Positions 52,833 to 62,455 of a DNA stretch of 64,000 nt are shown one piece after another. The stretch is from a virus. Lineage: Duplodnaviria > Heunggongvirae > Uroviricota > Caudoviricetes > Demerecviridae. The translations under genes were made by a program, and so were the position numbers. The first letter of the stretch is position 1. The number at the start of each line of letters is the position of its first letter. The notes beneath the pieces are model-generated. The model saw only the letters and a list, made by a program, of their open reading frames with translations, was not told the origin of the DNA and ran no database searches. The stretch lies in the IMG/VR virus record IMGVR_UViG_2974620188_000001, positions 48,317-112,316 of that record; one strand, given 5' to 3'.

Positions 52833-53078
52833 ATGTTAGCAGAACAAGCAAAACGTTTAGCTAGAATAAATAGAGCTGCACTCCTTAAGAGCCGAAAGAA
52901 AACGTATAGATACGTTAAAAGACGGATTCTAGCTTCTGTAGAGGCTGGGGGTTCTTTTATACAATTTAATCGTGATGAAATTAGTTATGAAGCTATAAAA
53001 GCACTTTATAAAGATGGTTATACTCTAAAACTATCAAATAATTATGGTACAACTATTTTAAATGTTATTTGGGAATAA
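52833..53078 (+). CDS. hypothetical protein (81 aa)
   Basis: ORF. Confidence 0.5.
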   Translation: MLAEQAKRLARINRAALLKSRKKTYRYVKRRILASVEAGGSFIQFNRDEISYEAIKALYKDGYTLKLSNNYGTTILNVIWE

Positions 53079-53080
53079 TT

Positions 53081-53944
53081 ATGAAAAAAGAATTTAATGT
53101 GCATAAAACACTAGTAGTACCTGATGACGTTAATTTATTCTTTGTTGGTGATATTCATGGATGCAACGATTTACTAGAAGATGCACTACAATTAGCTGGC
53201 TATAACGGCAAGAAAGACTGCGTTGTATGCGTGGGGGATTTAATTGATCGAGGTACGCAGAACCTACAAGTTTTAGCCAAGTTCCTGTATAATCCACGCT
53301 TTATCAGTGTCCGGGGTAATCATGACCAATTTATGATTGTGGGAGATTGGGCTAACTGGATGTATAACGGTGGTATGTGGGCTATGAATGAACTAGATGC
53401 AGATACCATTAAAAATATTGCTGAAGATATGGCTGAAAAACTTCCAGTATTTCTGACTGTGCTGCATCGTGGCAAGAAATACGGTGTTGTTCATGGTGGT
53501 GTACCTTTTACGTACAAAGAATGTGGTAACGAAGTAGAAACCCCGGTATGGGATAATCTTATTGCGCAAGTAGAAGCAGCTAAGGAAGACCCGCATGACC
53601 ATCCTGGATACCATGTTGAACCATATTTATGGGATCGAGATGTAATCCAAGAAATAGGCTTTCATTTGTCCAAAAATGGCGAGGAACACTCATATTTCCA
53701 GCGTTACGCAGGATTTAAAGAAAAATACACGGTAGAAGTACCAGAAGTTAAGGGAGTAGATTTTGTGTTTCACGGACATACTGGGGTTCCTTATCCACTT
53801 CTTTATAAAAACCGTGTTTACCTAGATACTGGCGGTGTTTTCAACGGGCAGTTGACGGTTGCGCAAGTTAATGATGAAACTGGGAAAATCACAACATTTA
53901 CCACGCTTCGAGAAGATAGTTGTGGTGTACAGAGGATCCTTTAA
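53081..53944 (+). CDS. Ser/Thr protein phosphatase (lambda-PPase / calcineurin-like metallophosphoesterase)
   Basis: Motifs GDIHG, GDLIDRG and GNHD. ATG at 53081 (track start is TTG 53069). Confidence 0.7.
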   Translation: MKKEFNVHKTLVVPDDVNLFFVGDIHGCNDLLEDALQLAGYNGKKDCVVCVGDLIDRGTQNLQVLAKFLYNPRFISVRGNHDQFMIVGDWANWMYNGGMWAMNELDADTIKNIAEDMAEKLPVFLTVLHRGKKYGVVHGGVPFTYKECGNEVETPVWDNLIAQVEAAKEDPHDHPGYHVEPYLWDRDVIQEIGFHLSKNGEEHSYFQRYAGFKEKYTVEVPEVKGVDFVFHGHTGVPYPLLYKNRVYLDTGGVFNGQLTVAQVNDETGKITTFTTLREDSCGVQRIL

Positions 53945-54231
53945 TGAATGATAGAATGAAAGAAGTACAAGAAGAATTACGAGCAATGCGTATTGATGCC
54001 CTTCGTTGGAGGGCATTAGTTAATGCTTTCGTCAAAGGAGATACCGGAGTAATATATTCTGGAATAGCAGTCAATTTTTGTTTTAATTCTCCTGCTGAAA
54101 TAGAGATAGAAACAAGGCTTACTACCTACCTTAATGAGGTAGACCTTAAGGAAGGAGAGACTCCCGAGGAGTTTAAAACTAGAGTATTAACTACCTGGGC
54201 TGATAATTTAATACAAAAAAGGAGTAAGTGA
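53944..54231 (+). CDS. hypothetical protein (95 aa)
   Basis: TAATG overlap start. MNDRMKEVQEELRAMRID... Confidence 0.45.
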   Translation: MNDRMKEVQEELRAMRIDALRWRALVNAFVKGDTGVIYSGIAVNFCFNSPAEIEIETRLTTYLNEVDLKEGETPEEFKTRVLTTWADNLIQKRSK

Positions 54232-54821
54232 TGAAGGTTAAATTCTGGTCAGACTTGCACTTAGACCACCCTGGAGCACTACGTTTCCGTCCGTGGTTTA
54301 AGAACATGAAAGAGCACGATGAGTATATTCTAGATACTTTGTCCAAGCATATTGGTAAACGAACAAAACTTATTTTGCTAGGAGATATTGCAGTAGGTCG
54401 TGAAGGTCTGTCCAAATTAAAGTCGGTTATCCACAATGTCCCTAATCAACTCATTATGGGTAATCATGATGCGGAGCGTCAAGGACTGAGTATTAGGGAC
54501 TTAGCGGAAGTTTATGACGATATTCAAGCTCTAGGCAAGCAGACTGGAGGTGGCAAAAAGTTTTGGCTATCTCACTGCCCATTGCATCCCAATGAACTTC
54601 GTGGCAAACTAAATATTCACGGACATGTACATACTACTTCCCTACGTGATCCACGTTATATCAATGTCTCTTTTGAAATGAGCAAAACTCCTATCCCTCT
54701 AGAAGATATTGTATCAGGTAAGTTTACTAGTTATGATAGAGTGGTCAACTGCACTACTGGTGAAGTATTACAAATAGGGGAAGATGTAGCTGCCGTATTG
54801 CGTGGGGATATAAATGTCTAA
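54228..54821 (+). CDS. second calcineurin-like metallophosphoesterase
   Basis: Motifs SDLHLD, LLGDI, GNHD and GHVH. Confidence 0.6.
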   Translation: MMKVKFWSDLHLDHPGALRFRPWFKNMKEHDEYILDTLSKHIGKRTKLILLGDIAVGREGLSKLKSVIHNVPNQLIMGNHDAERQGLSIRDLAEVYDDIQALGKQTGGGKKFWLSHCPLHPNELRGKLNIHGHVHTTSLRDPRYINVSFEMSKTPIPLEDIVSGKFTSYDRVVNCTTGEVLQIGEDVAAVLRGDINV

Positions 54822-54937
54822 GTATATAGCTGAGGCTATTATTAAACGAATTATACAAGCGATAGTAATACTTATAGTCATTTGTACTGCTATTGGCATA
54901 GGATTAGGCATTTTAATTAAAAGTTTTATTTGCTAAA
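54815..54937 (+). CDS. putative 40-aa single-TM peptide
   Basis: ATGTCTAA overlap with the upstream stop. Sequence MSKYIAEAIIKRIIQAIVILIVICTAIGIGLGILIKSFIC. Confidence 0.3.
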
Positions 54938-54958
54938 ATGCTTAAGTTTCTGTATAAT
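54929..54958 (+). promoter_or_regulatory. T5-type early promoter
   Basis: TTGCTA-18 nt-TATAAT. Confidence 0.6.
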
Positions 54959-54988
54959 TACTTTATAAATTGATGAGAAGGAATCAAA

Positions 54989-55420
54989 ATGAACAAAGTT
55001 GATAAAGCTCTAGTTTTCGCAGCAGCAGATAAGTTTGAACAAGTTAAGGCAACTTTCCGAACCTTGTTCCAGTCTTACGTTCAGGATAAGTCTAATCCTA
55101 TCTCTGAACGATTAATGGTCTGGGAGTGTCATGCTTGCAATGCCCTGCTAATTGCTGATTACCGTAGCGATATAGATAAAGATCTGTGCGAAATTCTTAT
55201 CCCCGAGGAAGCAGAACGTTATCAGCTAATCTCTTTCCAAGATTTGGCAGAGCACATCATCCCTGATGATCTTTGGGACAAGTATTATGGTGATCCTGAA
55301 GATGAAGGAATGACTCCAGAAGCCTGTATTGAGCTGATCTGCAAAGATCATCCTGAAATTGCAGAGAAATTTGAAAAAGTTTTTGCTTCTGAGTTCTCCG
55401 GCGTTGTTAACGATTGGTAA
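54989..55420 (+). CDS. hypothetical protein (143 aa)
   Basis: ORF. Confidence 0.55.
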   Translation: MNKVDKALVFAAADKFEQVKATFRTLFQSYVQDKSNPISERLMVWECHACNALLIADYRSDIDKDLCEILIPEEAERYQLISFQDLAEHIIPDDLWDKYYGDPEDEGMTPEACIELICKDHPEIAEKFEKVFASEFSGVVNDW

Positions 55421-55437
55421 GTAATTAAAAAATTCAG

Positions 55438-55466
55438 TTGCTTTAAGCCTTAAAATTCTGTATAAT
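55438..55466 (+). promoter_or_regulatory. T5-type early promoter
   Basis: TTGCTT-17 nt-TATAAT. The track ORF start at 55481 lies in the leader ATGAGAGAGG. Confidence 0.6.
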
Positions 55467-55498
55467 AAGTTCATAAATTAATGAGAGAGGAAATTCTA

Positions 55499-55750
55499 AT
55501 GGAAAACATGACTAAAAACGAAATGGCTAACGTTCTGGCAATTCTCCTCGACATGCAGGGTTTTGAGGGTCAGCTAATGAAGATGTCTATTCCGGCGATG
55601 AAAAAGATGTATGATTCTCTGAATAAGAATGCTATGGCGTTCAACCTTGCAAAACAGGAAGCTCGTTTTGCTAAAGAGCATCAAGCGACTGCCGAACGTC
55701 GTGCAGCATCTTTTGAGCGTGAAGTTAAGCAACTGAAAGGTAAGAAATAA
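55499..55750 (+). CDS. hypothetical protein (83 aa)
   Basis: ATG after the leader GAGAGAGGAAATTCTA. Confidence 0.5.
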   Translation: MENMTKNEMANVLAILLDMQGFEGQLMKMSIPAMKKMYDSLNKNAMAFNLAKQEARFAKEHQATAERRAASFEREVKQLKGKK

Positions 55751-55914
55751 TGGAAAGACTATCCATTTTTATGTTGTCACTCCTTTTAGGAGTGTTAGTT
55801 TACAGTATAGTTTCTCTTCACACACGTTTAGCAGAACTAGATAATTCTATCCACGAGTTAAATGTGGAGATGTGTAAACTAGTTCCAAACAATGAAAAAT
55901 GTAAGGACATTTAA
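55750..55914 (+). CDS. putative 54-aa TM peptide
   Basis: TAATG overlap. MERLSIFMLSLLLGVLVYSIVSL... Confidence 0.35.
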   Translation: MERLSIFMLSLLLGVLVYSIVSLHTRLAELDNSIHELNVEMCKLVPNNEKCKDI

Positions 55915-56195
55915 TGTTGATTGAAATTCTTATTGGGTTACTAGTTCTTACTACACTAGTAGCGATTGGTGGAGTTATTGGGATTGTGAATGCACGAAAA
56001 AACATGGAAAGTATGCTTATTACTAATGATGGACTACACCACCGTTTGCTAGAGCAAGAGCAAGATATTGAATTAGCACAAAGACGCTCAGATATTCTAA
56101 AAGAAAAACTAAATAATATTGAAGCAATAGCTGGGAATACAAAATTACCTAATAAAGTAATGCGTGCACAGATAATTACGGAGATTAAAAAATGA
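55914..56195 (+). CDS. TM + coiled-coil small protein (93 aa)
   Basis: MLIEILIGLLVLTTLVAIGGVIGIV... Confidence 0.5.
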   Translation: MLIEILIGLLVLTTLVAIGGVIGIVNARKNMESMLITNDGLHHRLLEQEQDIELAQRRSDILKEKLNNIEAIAGNTKLPNKVMRAQIITEIKK

Positions 56196-56437
56196 TGATG
56201 TTTATTCTAGCGTTTTATCTAATTGTGGTTGGTGTACTGGTTACCAAGTACCACACATGGACGCCAAAGAATGTTGTTAAGGTAGCTTTATTTGTTATTC
56301 CAGTTCCACTTATTATCTTTTCTATGTTACTGGTGATGCTAGTTGGTAAAGTAACAAAAACCGATATTAAACGTATTGCTGATGAATTGCAACAGTCTTG
56401 TGATATGGTAGAGGATATTCTTAAAGATGAAGCTTAA
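56192..56437 (+). CDS. small membrane protein (81 aa)
   Basis: ORF. Confidence 0.5.
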   Translation: MMMFILAFYLIVVGVLVTKYHTWTPKNVVKVALFVIPVPLIIFSMLLVMLVGKVTKTDIKRIADELQQSCDMVEDILKDEA

Positions 56438-56753
56438 TTTTAATGAATTAAATACCTTACATGAGATATTACAGTTTGTGAATAATAATATTAGTATTCC
56501 AGATGATACACTAGAAGTTCTCATGTTAATCGAGAAAAAGGTAGGAATTGAGATTGAGGACTCCTGGAAACCGCTTTCTGTATTAACACCTCTTAATATG
56601 AAAGTGATTGTTAAAAATATTGATACTGGTGAAGAGTGTGAGATGATCCGTAAAGAATTAGCGAACAGTTATTCACCAGAGTCTGTAGTAATGCACCACG
56701 ATGATACTCCTAAGGTTCTACAGACAGCTAATTACGTATGGCGTCTCCCATGA
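56427..56753 (+). CDS. hypothetical protein (108 aa)
   Basis: ORF. Confidence 0.5.
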   Translation: MKLNFNELNTLHEILQFVNNNISIPDDTLEVLMLIEKKVGIEIEDSWKPLSVLTPLNMKVIVKNIDTGEECEMIRKELANSYSPESVVMHHDDTPKVLQTANYVWRLP

Positions 56754-56852
56754 TTGATTTAGTACCAATCACTGCGGGGCTAATAGCATTATTAGTGCTC
56801 GCAGTTTTCATTATTGTGGAGCAGGCCAAAGTAATAAGGAGACTTAAAAACA

Positions 56853-57053
56853 ATGATAAAACGTCTTGTTTATCAGGCACCAAAGATTGTAACTGAGTAT
56901 TTTGTATTACTGCCTCAGATTGTATTTCTAACAGCATTATTTAATATACTTTTTCAACATCTAGGAATAACGCAAAATATCTTCTACACTTCTGGGCTAC
57001 TTCCTTTTATGTACGAAGGCATTATCACGGCAATTAACGGAGTTCGTAAATGA
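56853..57053 (+). CDS. small membrane protein (66 aa)
   Basis: ORF with RBS AAGGAGAC. Confidence 0.45.
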   Translation: MIKRLVYQAPKIVTEYFVLLPQIVFLTALFNILFQHLGITQNIFYTSGLLPFMYEGIITAINGVRK

Positions 57054-57511
57054 CAGCACTACAACAACTACAGAATTACTGGTTTGATAACCAATTTAAT
57101 GATCTCTTCATCCAGTTGTTTGTCGAAACGAACGGACGCTTCAACTACCGATTCTTTAACAAGTTTCACGAAACAAAATTCTCGCATACAGAAATTAATG
57201 CAGCGATCCAAGACCTAACTGGTTCTAAAGTAATTCAATATCGCGAAGTAGACTTTACACCAGATTGTTTTGGATTTAAATTGTTTAAGAAAGCATATAG
57301 ATTTGGTAAGTTTGAAGACGCCCGTCAATGGGTTCACGATTTTTGGTATAACACCGATATTGTTCCTAGTCGCGTGTTGATTCTTAACTGGATTGCTAAG
57401 CAACATCCACCTAAAACGCAATCATCCTTCTTACCGACTGATACAGGAAACCTCTACCATGACAGAAAAGAAAAATCCATTATTGGAGCAGATGAAGGAG
57501 TGGGAGAGTAA
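57050..57511 (+). CDS. hypothetical protein (153 aa)
   Basis: ORF. Confidence 0.5.
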   Translation: MTALQQLQNYWFDNQFNDLFIQLFVETNGRFNYRFFNKFHETKFSHTEINAAIQDLTGSKVIQYREVDFTPDCFGFKLFKKAYRFGKFEDARQWVHDFWYNTDIVPSRVLILNWIAKQHPPKTQSSFLPTDTGNLYHDRKEKSIIGADEGVGE

Positions 57512-57830
57512 TATTGAAACTGGTCTAATAGACGGGGAAGATATTGTCAACTCCATGCTAGAAGTAACAGTAGATAATATTAATCCTATTTTGGCGGGAG
57601 AAACCTCCGATCTTATAGGACTCTCTAGCACATTTGATTCTTTGGCTAAATTAGCTTTAGACGATGAAGAGATAACCAAAGAAGATCTCGCTACAGCTAT
57701 GAATATGGCTATTAATGCTTACATCAGTAAACGTACTGATGAACTTGGTAAACAGATCAATAAGCGTGATACTACGCTAGGTCTTATGGAAACGGCCACT
57801 ATGTTAAGAAGTGGTAAACAACTTCATTAA
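57459..57830 (+). CDS. hypothetical protein (~123 aa)
   Basis: ATG at 57459 inside the track ORF 57393..57830. Terminator at 57839-57868. Confidence 0.4.
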   Translation: MTEKKNPLLEQMKEWESNIETGLIDGEDIVNSMLEVTVDNINPILAGETSDLIGLSSTFDSLAKLALDDEEITKEDLATAMNMAINAYISKRTDELGKQINKRDTTLGLMETATMLRSGKQLH

Positions 57831-57886
57831 TTTTAAGGGGCCAGGACTTAATTGTTCTGGCCTTTTGTGCTTCAAGGAACTTCAAA

Positions 57887-58089
57887 TGCAAGTATATGTC
57901 CTTACTAGAGATATAAATGAGTATAATCAAGATGGTGAGTATTTTGTAAAAGTATTCGCTGAAAAGCCAAGTAAACAACAATTATTAGATGCTGGAGTAC
58001 CCGAAGACCAGGCTAAGTGTATACTACAAGATAAAGAGTTTACTGGAGATGCTTACGAATGTTTCCACCTTAGTTGTGAGAGTATCTAA
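57887..58089 (+). CDS. hypothetical protein (67 aa)
   Basis: ORF with RBS AAGGAAC. Confidence 0.4.
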
Positions 58090-58090
58090 T

Positions 58091-58537
58091 ATGAGAGATA
58101 AAGTAAATGAATTATTAATAGAGGAAGCTAACAACTTTCCAATAAATAGGTTCATCAAATCGGATGGATCTATTAATAGAACTAAGATTAAGCAACTACA
58201 TCCCGACTTTCAACAAGAAGCACTAAACCTTATATTTATCAAGAAAGCTATTGCAGCTCATGGAGCTTTCTTTGGGTATGAACGTGTAAATTATAAGACA
58301 ATGCAACAGCAAGTCGAGATCTATTGCCCGGACCATGATGGTTATTACTGGCAAACTGCTAGATCTCATTTAGAAGGGCACGGTTGTCGACGGTGTGCAC
58401 ACAAGGTTGTGCAGCGTGTCACGGATTATGGAACTTATACCGTACCAGCATGTTACCATAAATTTGTAATTGACGATAATCGTATAGTTTGGTATAATAA
58501 GTTTTCAAAGCTAAGAATGGAGATAAGTAGTGAGTAG
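58091..58537 (+). CDS. Cys/His-rich hypothetical protein (~148 aa)
   Basis: CPDHDGYYWQTARSHLEGHGCRRCAH, a possible zinc-binding or nuclease-like motif. Confidence 0.4.
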   Translation: MRDKVNELLIEEANNFPINRFIKSDGSINRTKIKQLHPDFQQEALNLIFIKKAIAAHGAFFGYERVNYKTMQQQVEIYCPDHDGYYWQTARSHLEGHGCRRCAHKVVQRVTDYGTYTVPACYHKFVIDDNRIVWYNKFSKLRMEISSE

Positions 58538-58820
58538 CTATATTGTATGGTCAAACCCACTAGCAGCACTTAGTAATAAACTATTTAAAACAACGTGGGG
58601 GTATAATGAAATAGACTTAGGTAGTCGTCCAATACCAAACAAACACCCCTTAGTTCCAGAGCTGTATAGGGTAGTGATAAATGGCACAGAGTATTTGGTT
58701 GATAAATTTGACAGAAAACGTTTACTAGAGGGTATCTACGATAATTCTACATCGATAAATGAATTAGTAGAACATGCCCAAATATATGATAAAAGCTGGA
58801 TGTTAATATGGAGATCATAG
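58530..58820 (+). CDS. hypothetical protein (96 aa)
   Basis: ORF. Confidence 0.5.
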   Translation: MSSYIVWSNPLAALSNKLFKTTWGYNEIDLGSRPIPNKHPLVPELYRVVINGTEYLVDKFDRKRLLEGIYDNSTSINELVEHAQIYDKSWMLIWRS

Positions 58821-59041
58821 TAATTATTTTAGCAGTTATGTTATTTATTGTAACATTTGTATCATTTGCTATTATGCGCAGAGCTAGAGAACTAGCGGAA
58901 GATATAACAAAATTACGCGGTGAGTTGGCTGCTCTTAAATTACAACGTGAAGCCCTCAAGCTATTTGTAGCTCAAGGTAGCGTAGAGCATACAGCAGAAG
59001 ACTTCATCATATATCTCAAACGTTACATGGGAGTTAAATAA
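58808..59041 (+). CDS. TM + coiled-coil small protein (77 aa)
   Basis: ORF. Confidence 0.5.
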   Translation: MEIIVIILAVMLFIVTFVSFAIMRRARELAEDITKLRGELAALKLQREALKLFVAQGSVEHTAEDFIIYLKRYMGVK

Positions 59042-59226
59042 TGGAAACTCTTTTTCTTTTAATGCTCGTAGGTTCCTTGCTAGTTATATTAGCACTTCTA
59101 CTGATCTGCAATATTCTTAATAATAAGAATCTAGAGCTAAAGTGTGAAAACCAAATCCTTAATCGTGAACTTGAGCAATATAACCTAGCAGCCCATAAAC
59201 TGTTAGACAAACGGGAGAATAAATAA
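59041..59226 (+). CDS. TM + coiled-coil small protein (61 aa)
   Basis: ORF. Confidence 0.5.
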   Translation: METLFLLMLVGSLLVILALLLICNILNNKNLELKCENQILNRELEQYNLAAHKLLDKRENK

Positions 59227-59837
59227 TGACTTTTAATGCACAACAATCTATTCAAGTAGTACCAGATCATGAACTGAATACATGGGATTATAGCTTTAAA
59301 GATTTAACGGCTACTGTACAATTCAAATCTATGAAGCTAACCTTTGCACACACTAATATTAGAGCATGTAAAGGTTTTGAAGGTAGGCTCAACAACGCTC
59401 GTGAGATTTTTGGCAAGGCTCGCATTCCAGCTGATAACCTTATTAATGCATTAATAGACGCTGGTTATAAACTCGTGAAGACCGAGGTGAACCGTCCTAG
59501 TACTCCTGTGACTATTAGAGATCCGTGGCAGTCAGGGCCAATTATAGGGTGGAACAGTCCTAAAGTAACATCGGATTTGCACAATGTTCCATGTGGTGGC
59601 GTTATAGAAAGTAATTCCTCATATCGAGTTGGTGAAGATTATGGGCCTTCTGTACAGTTGAATCATACCCAAGAAGCTTTTGAGTCAGATATGAAAAGCG
59701 TAGCACCTGCGAATGCTGAAGGTTTTAAAAGTCCCATCTATGTTACTCACTTTAATAATCTTAGGCCTGGGAGCATAAATGATACTATCCTTGAGGCGTT
59801 GGGGGCTGCTCTTAATGAGAGTAAAAAGGATCAATAA
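59226..59837 (+). CDS. hypothetical protein (203 aa)
   Basis: ORF. Confidence 0.55.
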   Translation: MTFNAQQSIQVVPDHELNTWDYSFKDLTATVQFKSMKLTFAHTNIRACKGFEGRLNNAREIFGKARIPADNLINALIDAGYKLVKTEVNRPSTPVTIRDPWQSGPIIGWNSPKVTSDLHNVPCGGVIESNSSYRVGEDYGPSVQLNHTQEAFESDMKSVAPANAEGFKSPIYVTHFNNLRPGSINDTILEALGAALNESKKDQ

Positions 59838-59909
59838 AGATCGTTAATTAATTTATAGGTCTACGCCTCCTCAGACCTTTTACTGGGGGAGGCACATTAG
59901 GAGAATAAT

Positions 59910-60293
59910 ATGTTACATTACACAATCGCGTTAAATCGTCAAATAACTAGTCAAACTCGTGTTATCATTCGTGAGCTGGATGCAAATAGAGTCCATCCAG
60001 AAGAGGATGGAACAATCATAGAAGTATCTTTAATTACTAATGGAGTAGATGAAGTAATCTATGAATCTCAAGCCTTAGCTGCATACCAAGTTGAAGACGC
60101 AAAAAAGATCCTAGAGACTTTGGTAGAAGAAATTATAAAGCTCAAACCTAATCGCAAGATCTTCAAAGAGTCTTTTATTAATGAGCTGCGTTACATCCAG
60201 AATACTGCTGATTACTTAAGTTTTGAATTCTTTACTGCTCACTACAATTCACTAGAAGATTTCTACCCGGCAGACAAAGTTCAGGAGGCTTGA
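59910..60293 (+). CDS. hypothetical protein (127 aa)
   Basis: ORF with RBS AGGAGAATAAT. Confidence 0.55.
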   Translation: MLHYTIALNRQITSQTRVIIRELDANRVHPEEDGTIIEVSLITNGVDEVIYESQALAAYQVEDAKKILETLVEEIIKLKPNRKIFKESFINELRYIQNTADYLSFEFFTAHYNSLEDFYPADKVQEA

Positions 60294-60294
60294 T

Positions 60295-61026
60295 ATGAGT
60301 ATTAGTGAGAATTTAAAGACTATTATTAAGTTGGCTAAGAATGCAGATGGTAAATGTGTTTCTGAGCTAACTCCTGATGAAGCTCATGCAGTAGCATTCT
60401 GTTCTGAGTTTCATCCCGCAGCTTATACAGAAGCTGGAATTGTTAAATATAATAAAGAAGAAAAATTCGTAACTCTATCCCCTTCTTATATCGCAATGAG
60501 AAAGATCATCAATTCTGTTGGTGATAAGATTGTAGGGTTCAAGGCAGATTCATATCATGTCTTTGCAGATCAGGAACTTCCAGTATTTAAAGAAGGAAAC
60601 GTTAGAGTTGCATTAGAATTATATCCAGAGGAAAAGTTCATCCCACCTAAACGTTGTGAATATGATCATCTTCCTAGACTCCAAAGAAAAGATACTGGAT
60701 TCCCTTATACAAAAGATGAAGTGTTGCTAGGGATTGCTTCTACGATTGCGCAGGTTCATCTATGTCTCGAAAAGAACCTAGAGATGCCATTAATCTTACA
60801 GTCTGCACATAAAGCAATGTTAAATGACTGGGATCAATTCTTTAAGATTATAGGAGCTGTAGGATTGGCACGTTTACTTCCTACATTTGAGAACTCTGAG
60901 GTATTTGGCGAAGGTTCTTTCGGAACTGTAGATTATGATGCGCTAAAATCCCCACATTCCTATCTTGCAACTTTCCTCTTCATGGTCTCGAAGGGTATCG
61001 TTCTCAAATACAAGCGGAAGGAATAA
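60295..61026 (+). CDS. hypothetical protein (243 aa)
   Basis: ORF. Confidence 0.55.
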   Translation: MSISENLKTIIKLAKNADGKCVSELTPDEAHAVAFCSEFHPAAYTEAGIVKYNKEEKFVTLSPSYIAMRKIINSVGDKIVGFKADSYHVFADQELPVFKEGNVRVALELYPEEKFIPPKRCEYDHLPRLQRKDTGFPYTKDEVLLGIASTIAQVHLCLEKNLEMPLILQSAHKAMLNDWDQFFKIIGAVGLARLLPTFENSEVFGEGSFGTVDYDALKSPHSYLATFLFMVSKGIVLKYKRKE

Positions 61027-61038
61027 ACGTTAACAAAA

Positions 61039-61072
61039 TCTTCTTGACAACTCATTAAGGCACATGTTATAA
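61039..61072 (+). promoter_or_regulatory. perfect-consensus sigma70 promoter
   Basis: TTGACA-17 nt-TATAAT with no ORF downstream. Confidence 0.6.
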
Positions 61073-61074
61073 TA

Positions 61075-61260
61075 ATCTCATAGATTAAAAACAACTTCTG
61101 TTTTTAGCTCTAGGCAACAAGATTATTGCTATCCCAACTCGAAGAGTACACCAGCGCCCCTGGCGTTAGGATGTATTCTGCAGCAGTTTTCACGGGATTA
61201 GCATACAGATCTTGAACGCCTAGAGCAGCAGACTTACGAGATTGGGGGATCTTTTATTTA
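61075..61260 (+). ncRNA. ~180-nt noncoding transcript candidate downstream of the consensus promoter
   Basis: No ORF. Ends in the AT-only hairpin CTTTTATTTAAATAAAAGG. Confidence 0.3.
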
Positions 61261-61394
61261 AATAAAAGGTAAAACTTTTGTCCACATAATTTACATTCAA
61301 GATGATACACCTGTTGCCGCTCATCTGCTAGGGTGGCACAACACTTTCCTAGAAACTCCAGAGTTCTCACGAAATACTCACGAGATATCACTCT

Positions 61395-62350
61395 TTCTAG
61401 GGCGGTTCTCCTAAGTTTCTAGGAACATATACTAGGCGGTTAATACAGGGCGGTTATAGGGAGGGCGGTTATTTCTAGGAGACATTTTTTGAAAACACAT
61501 TTCCAGAAATTATTGTCGGATTTGCACACTGATATTCTAGAAATTTATGGTCGGATTTGCACAAACGCCTAAGTTTTTAGGAACTCTTACTCTCCTGAAA
61601 ATAGCAGCATTATTTCGGGCCGAAGGCCCATGATTGCCTGAGTTTTTAGAGCCACAGAAATTTTCACTTGTCAAGCTATTTTGCCCCATTTTGCTAATAA
61701 AATTTTACTTTTTCTGCACCTATCTCAAATTAACCCAAATTATCTCAACTCTTCCCCAAAATCCCCGCAAATCAGGTGCTCCGCACCAAACATGCGCCCC
61801 TCTCACAGTTCCCTCAAATTTTTCTCGCTCTCTCAACTTCTCCTCAAACCCACACAATCACACACCCTCCAATCGAAGTCACAAAAATCTTGTCGGATTC
61901 GCACATCTTAATCCTAGAAAAACCGTGTCGGATTTGCACATACTCCACAGGATTGATGCGCAGCATCGGATTGCTGGAGTTTTTGGAAAAATTCATTGTC
62001 GGATTTGCACACTATAAAAATTTTTCGGGTCGGATTTGCACACTACCAAAAATTGTCGGATTTGCACATACGTGCCCGCACGTAACACCCGTGGAGCAAT
62101 GTCGGATTTGCACAAAAGCGCAGGGCAATTGCCCTGCGCTAAATACGAATGATAATAAGAATCATTCTCATTTAAAAAGCGGAATGAGAATGATAATAAT
62201 TCGCATTTAGAAAGTGAAATGAGAATCAATCTCGTTTAAGAAAGGGGATGAGAACTATTCAAAAAGTGAAATGATTCTCATTTAGGAAAGGAAATGATTA
62301 TCGGTTAGATAGTGGAATGCGAATGATAATAATTCGCATTTAAGAATGGA
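61395..62350. repeat. complex repeat region resembling the T5 injection-stop-signal / terminal-repeat boundary
   Basis: Five GGCGGTT and six TTCTAG(G/A)A repeats at 61395-61480. Eight copies of GTCGGATTTGCACA (one with TTC) between 61515 and 62114. A 22-bp perfect palindrome GCGCAGGGCAATTGCCCTGCGC at 62118-62139. About 8 AT-rich ~27-bp repeats (GAAATGAGAAT...CATTTA) at 62150-62350. Internal palindromes. Confidence 0.7.
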
Positions 62351-62373
62351 AGTGAGAAACACTGTTATTTAAG

Positions 62374-62455
62374 TTATCCACAGACTTATCAACAGCACGA
62401 TTTGACTTGACAGAATCCTAGCCATTTTGAAGCGTTATTAACAGACTTATCCACA
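62374..62455. promoter_or_regulatory. cluster of DnaA boxes
   Basis: TTATCCACA at 62374-62382 and 62447-62455, TTATCAACA at 62386-62394, and a partial CTTATCC at 62457-62463. Confidence 0.55.

Noticed and set aside
61515-62114. Possible CRISPR array suggested by the eight GTCGGATTTGCACA repeats
   Set aside because: Repeats are only 14 bp, spacing is irregular (about 20-340 bp), no cas genes are present, and they are interspersed with other repeat families. Iterons or injection-stop repeats are a better explanation.
61634-62229. Track ORFs 61634..62017, 61681..61911, 61776..62210 (+) and 61993..62229 (-)
   Set aside because: They lie wholly inside the repeat/iteron region, have no RBS and are low-complexity. 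They are artefacts of repeat DNA.
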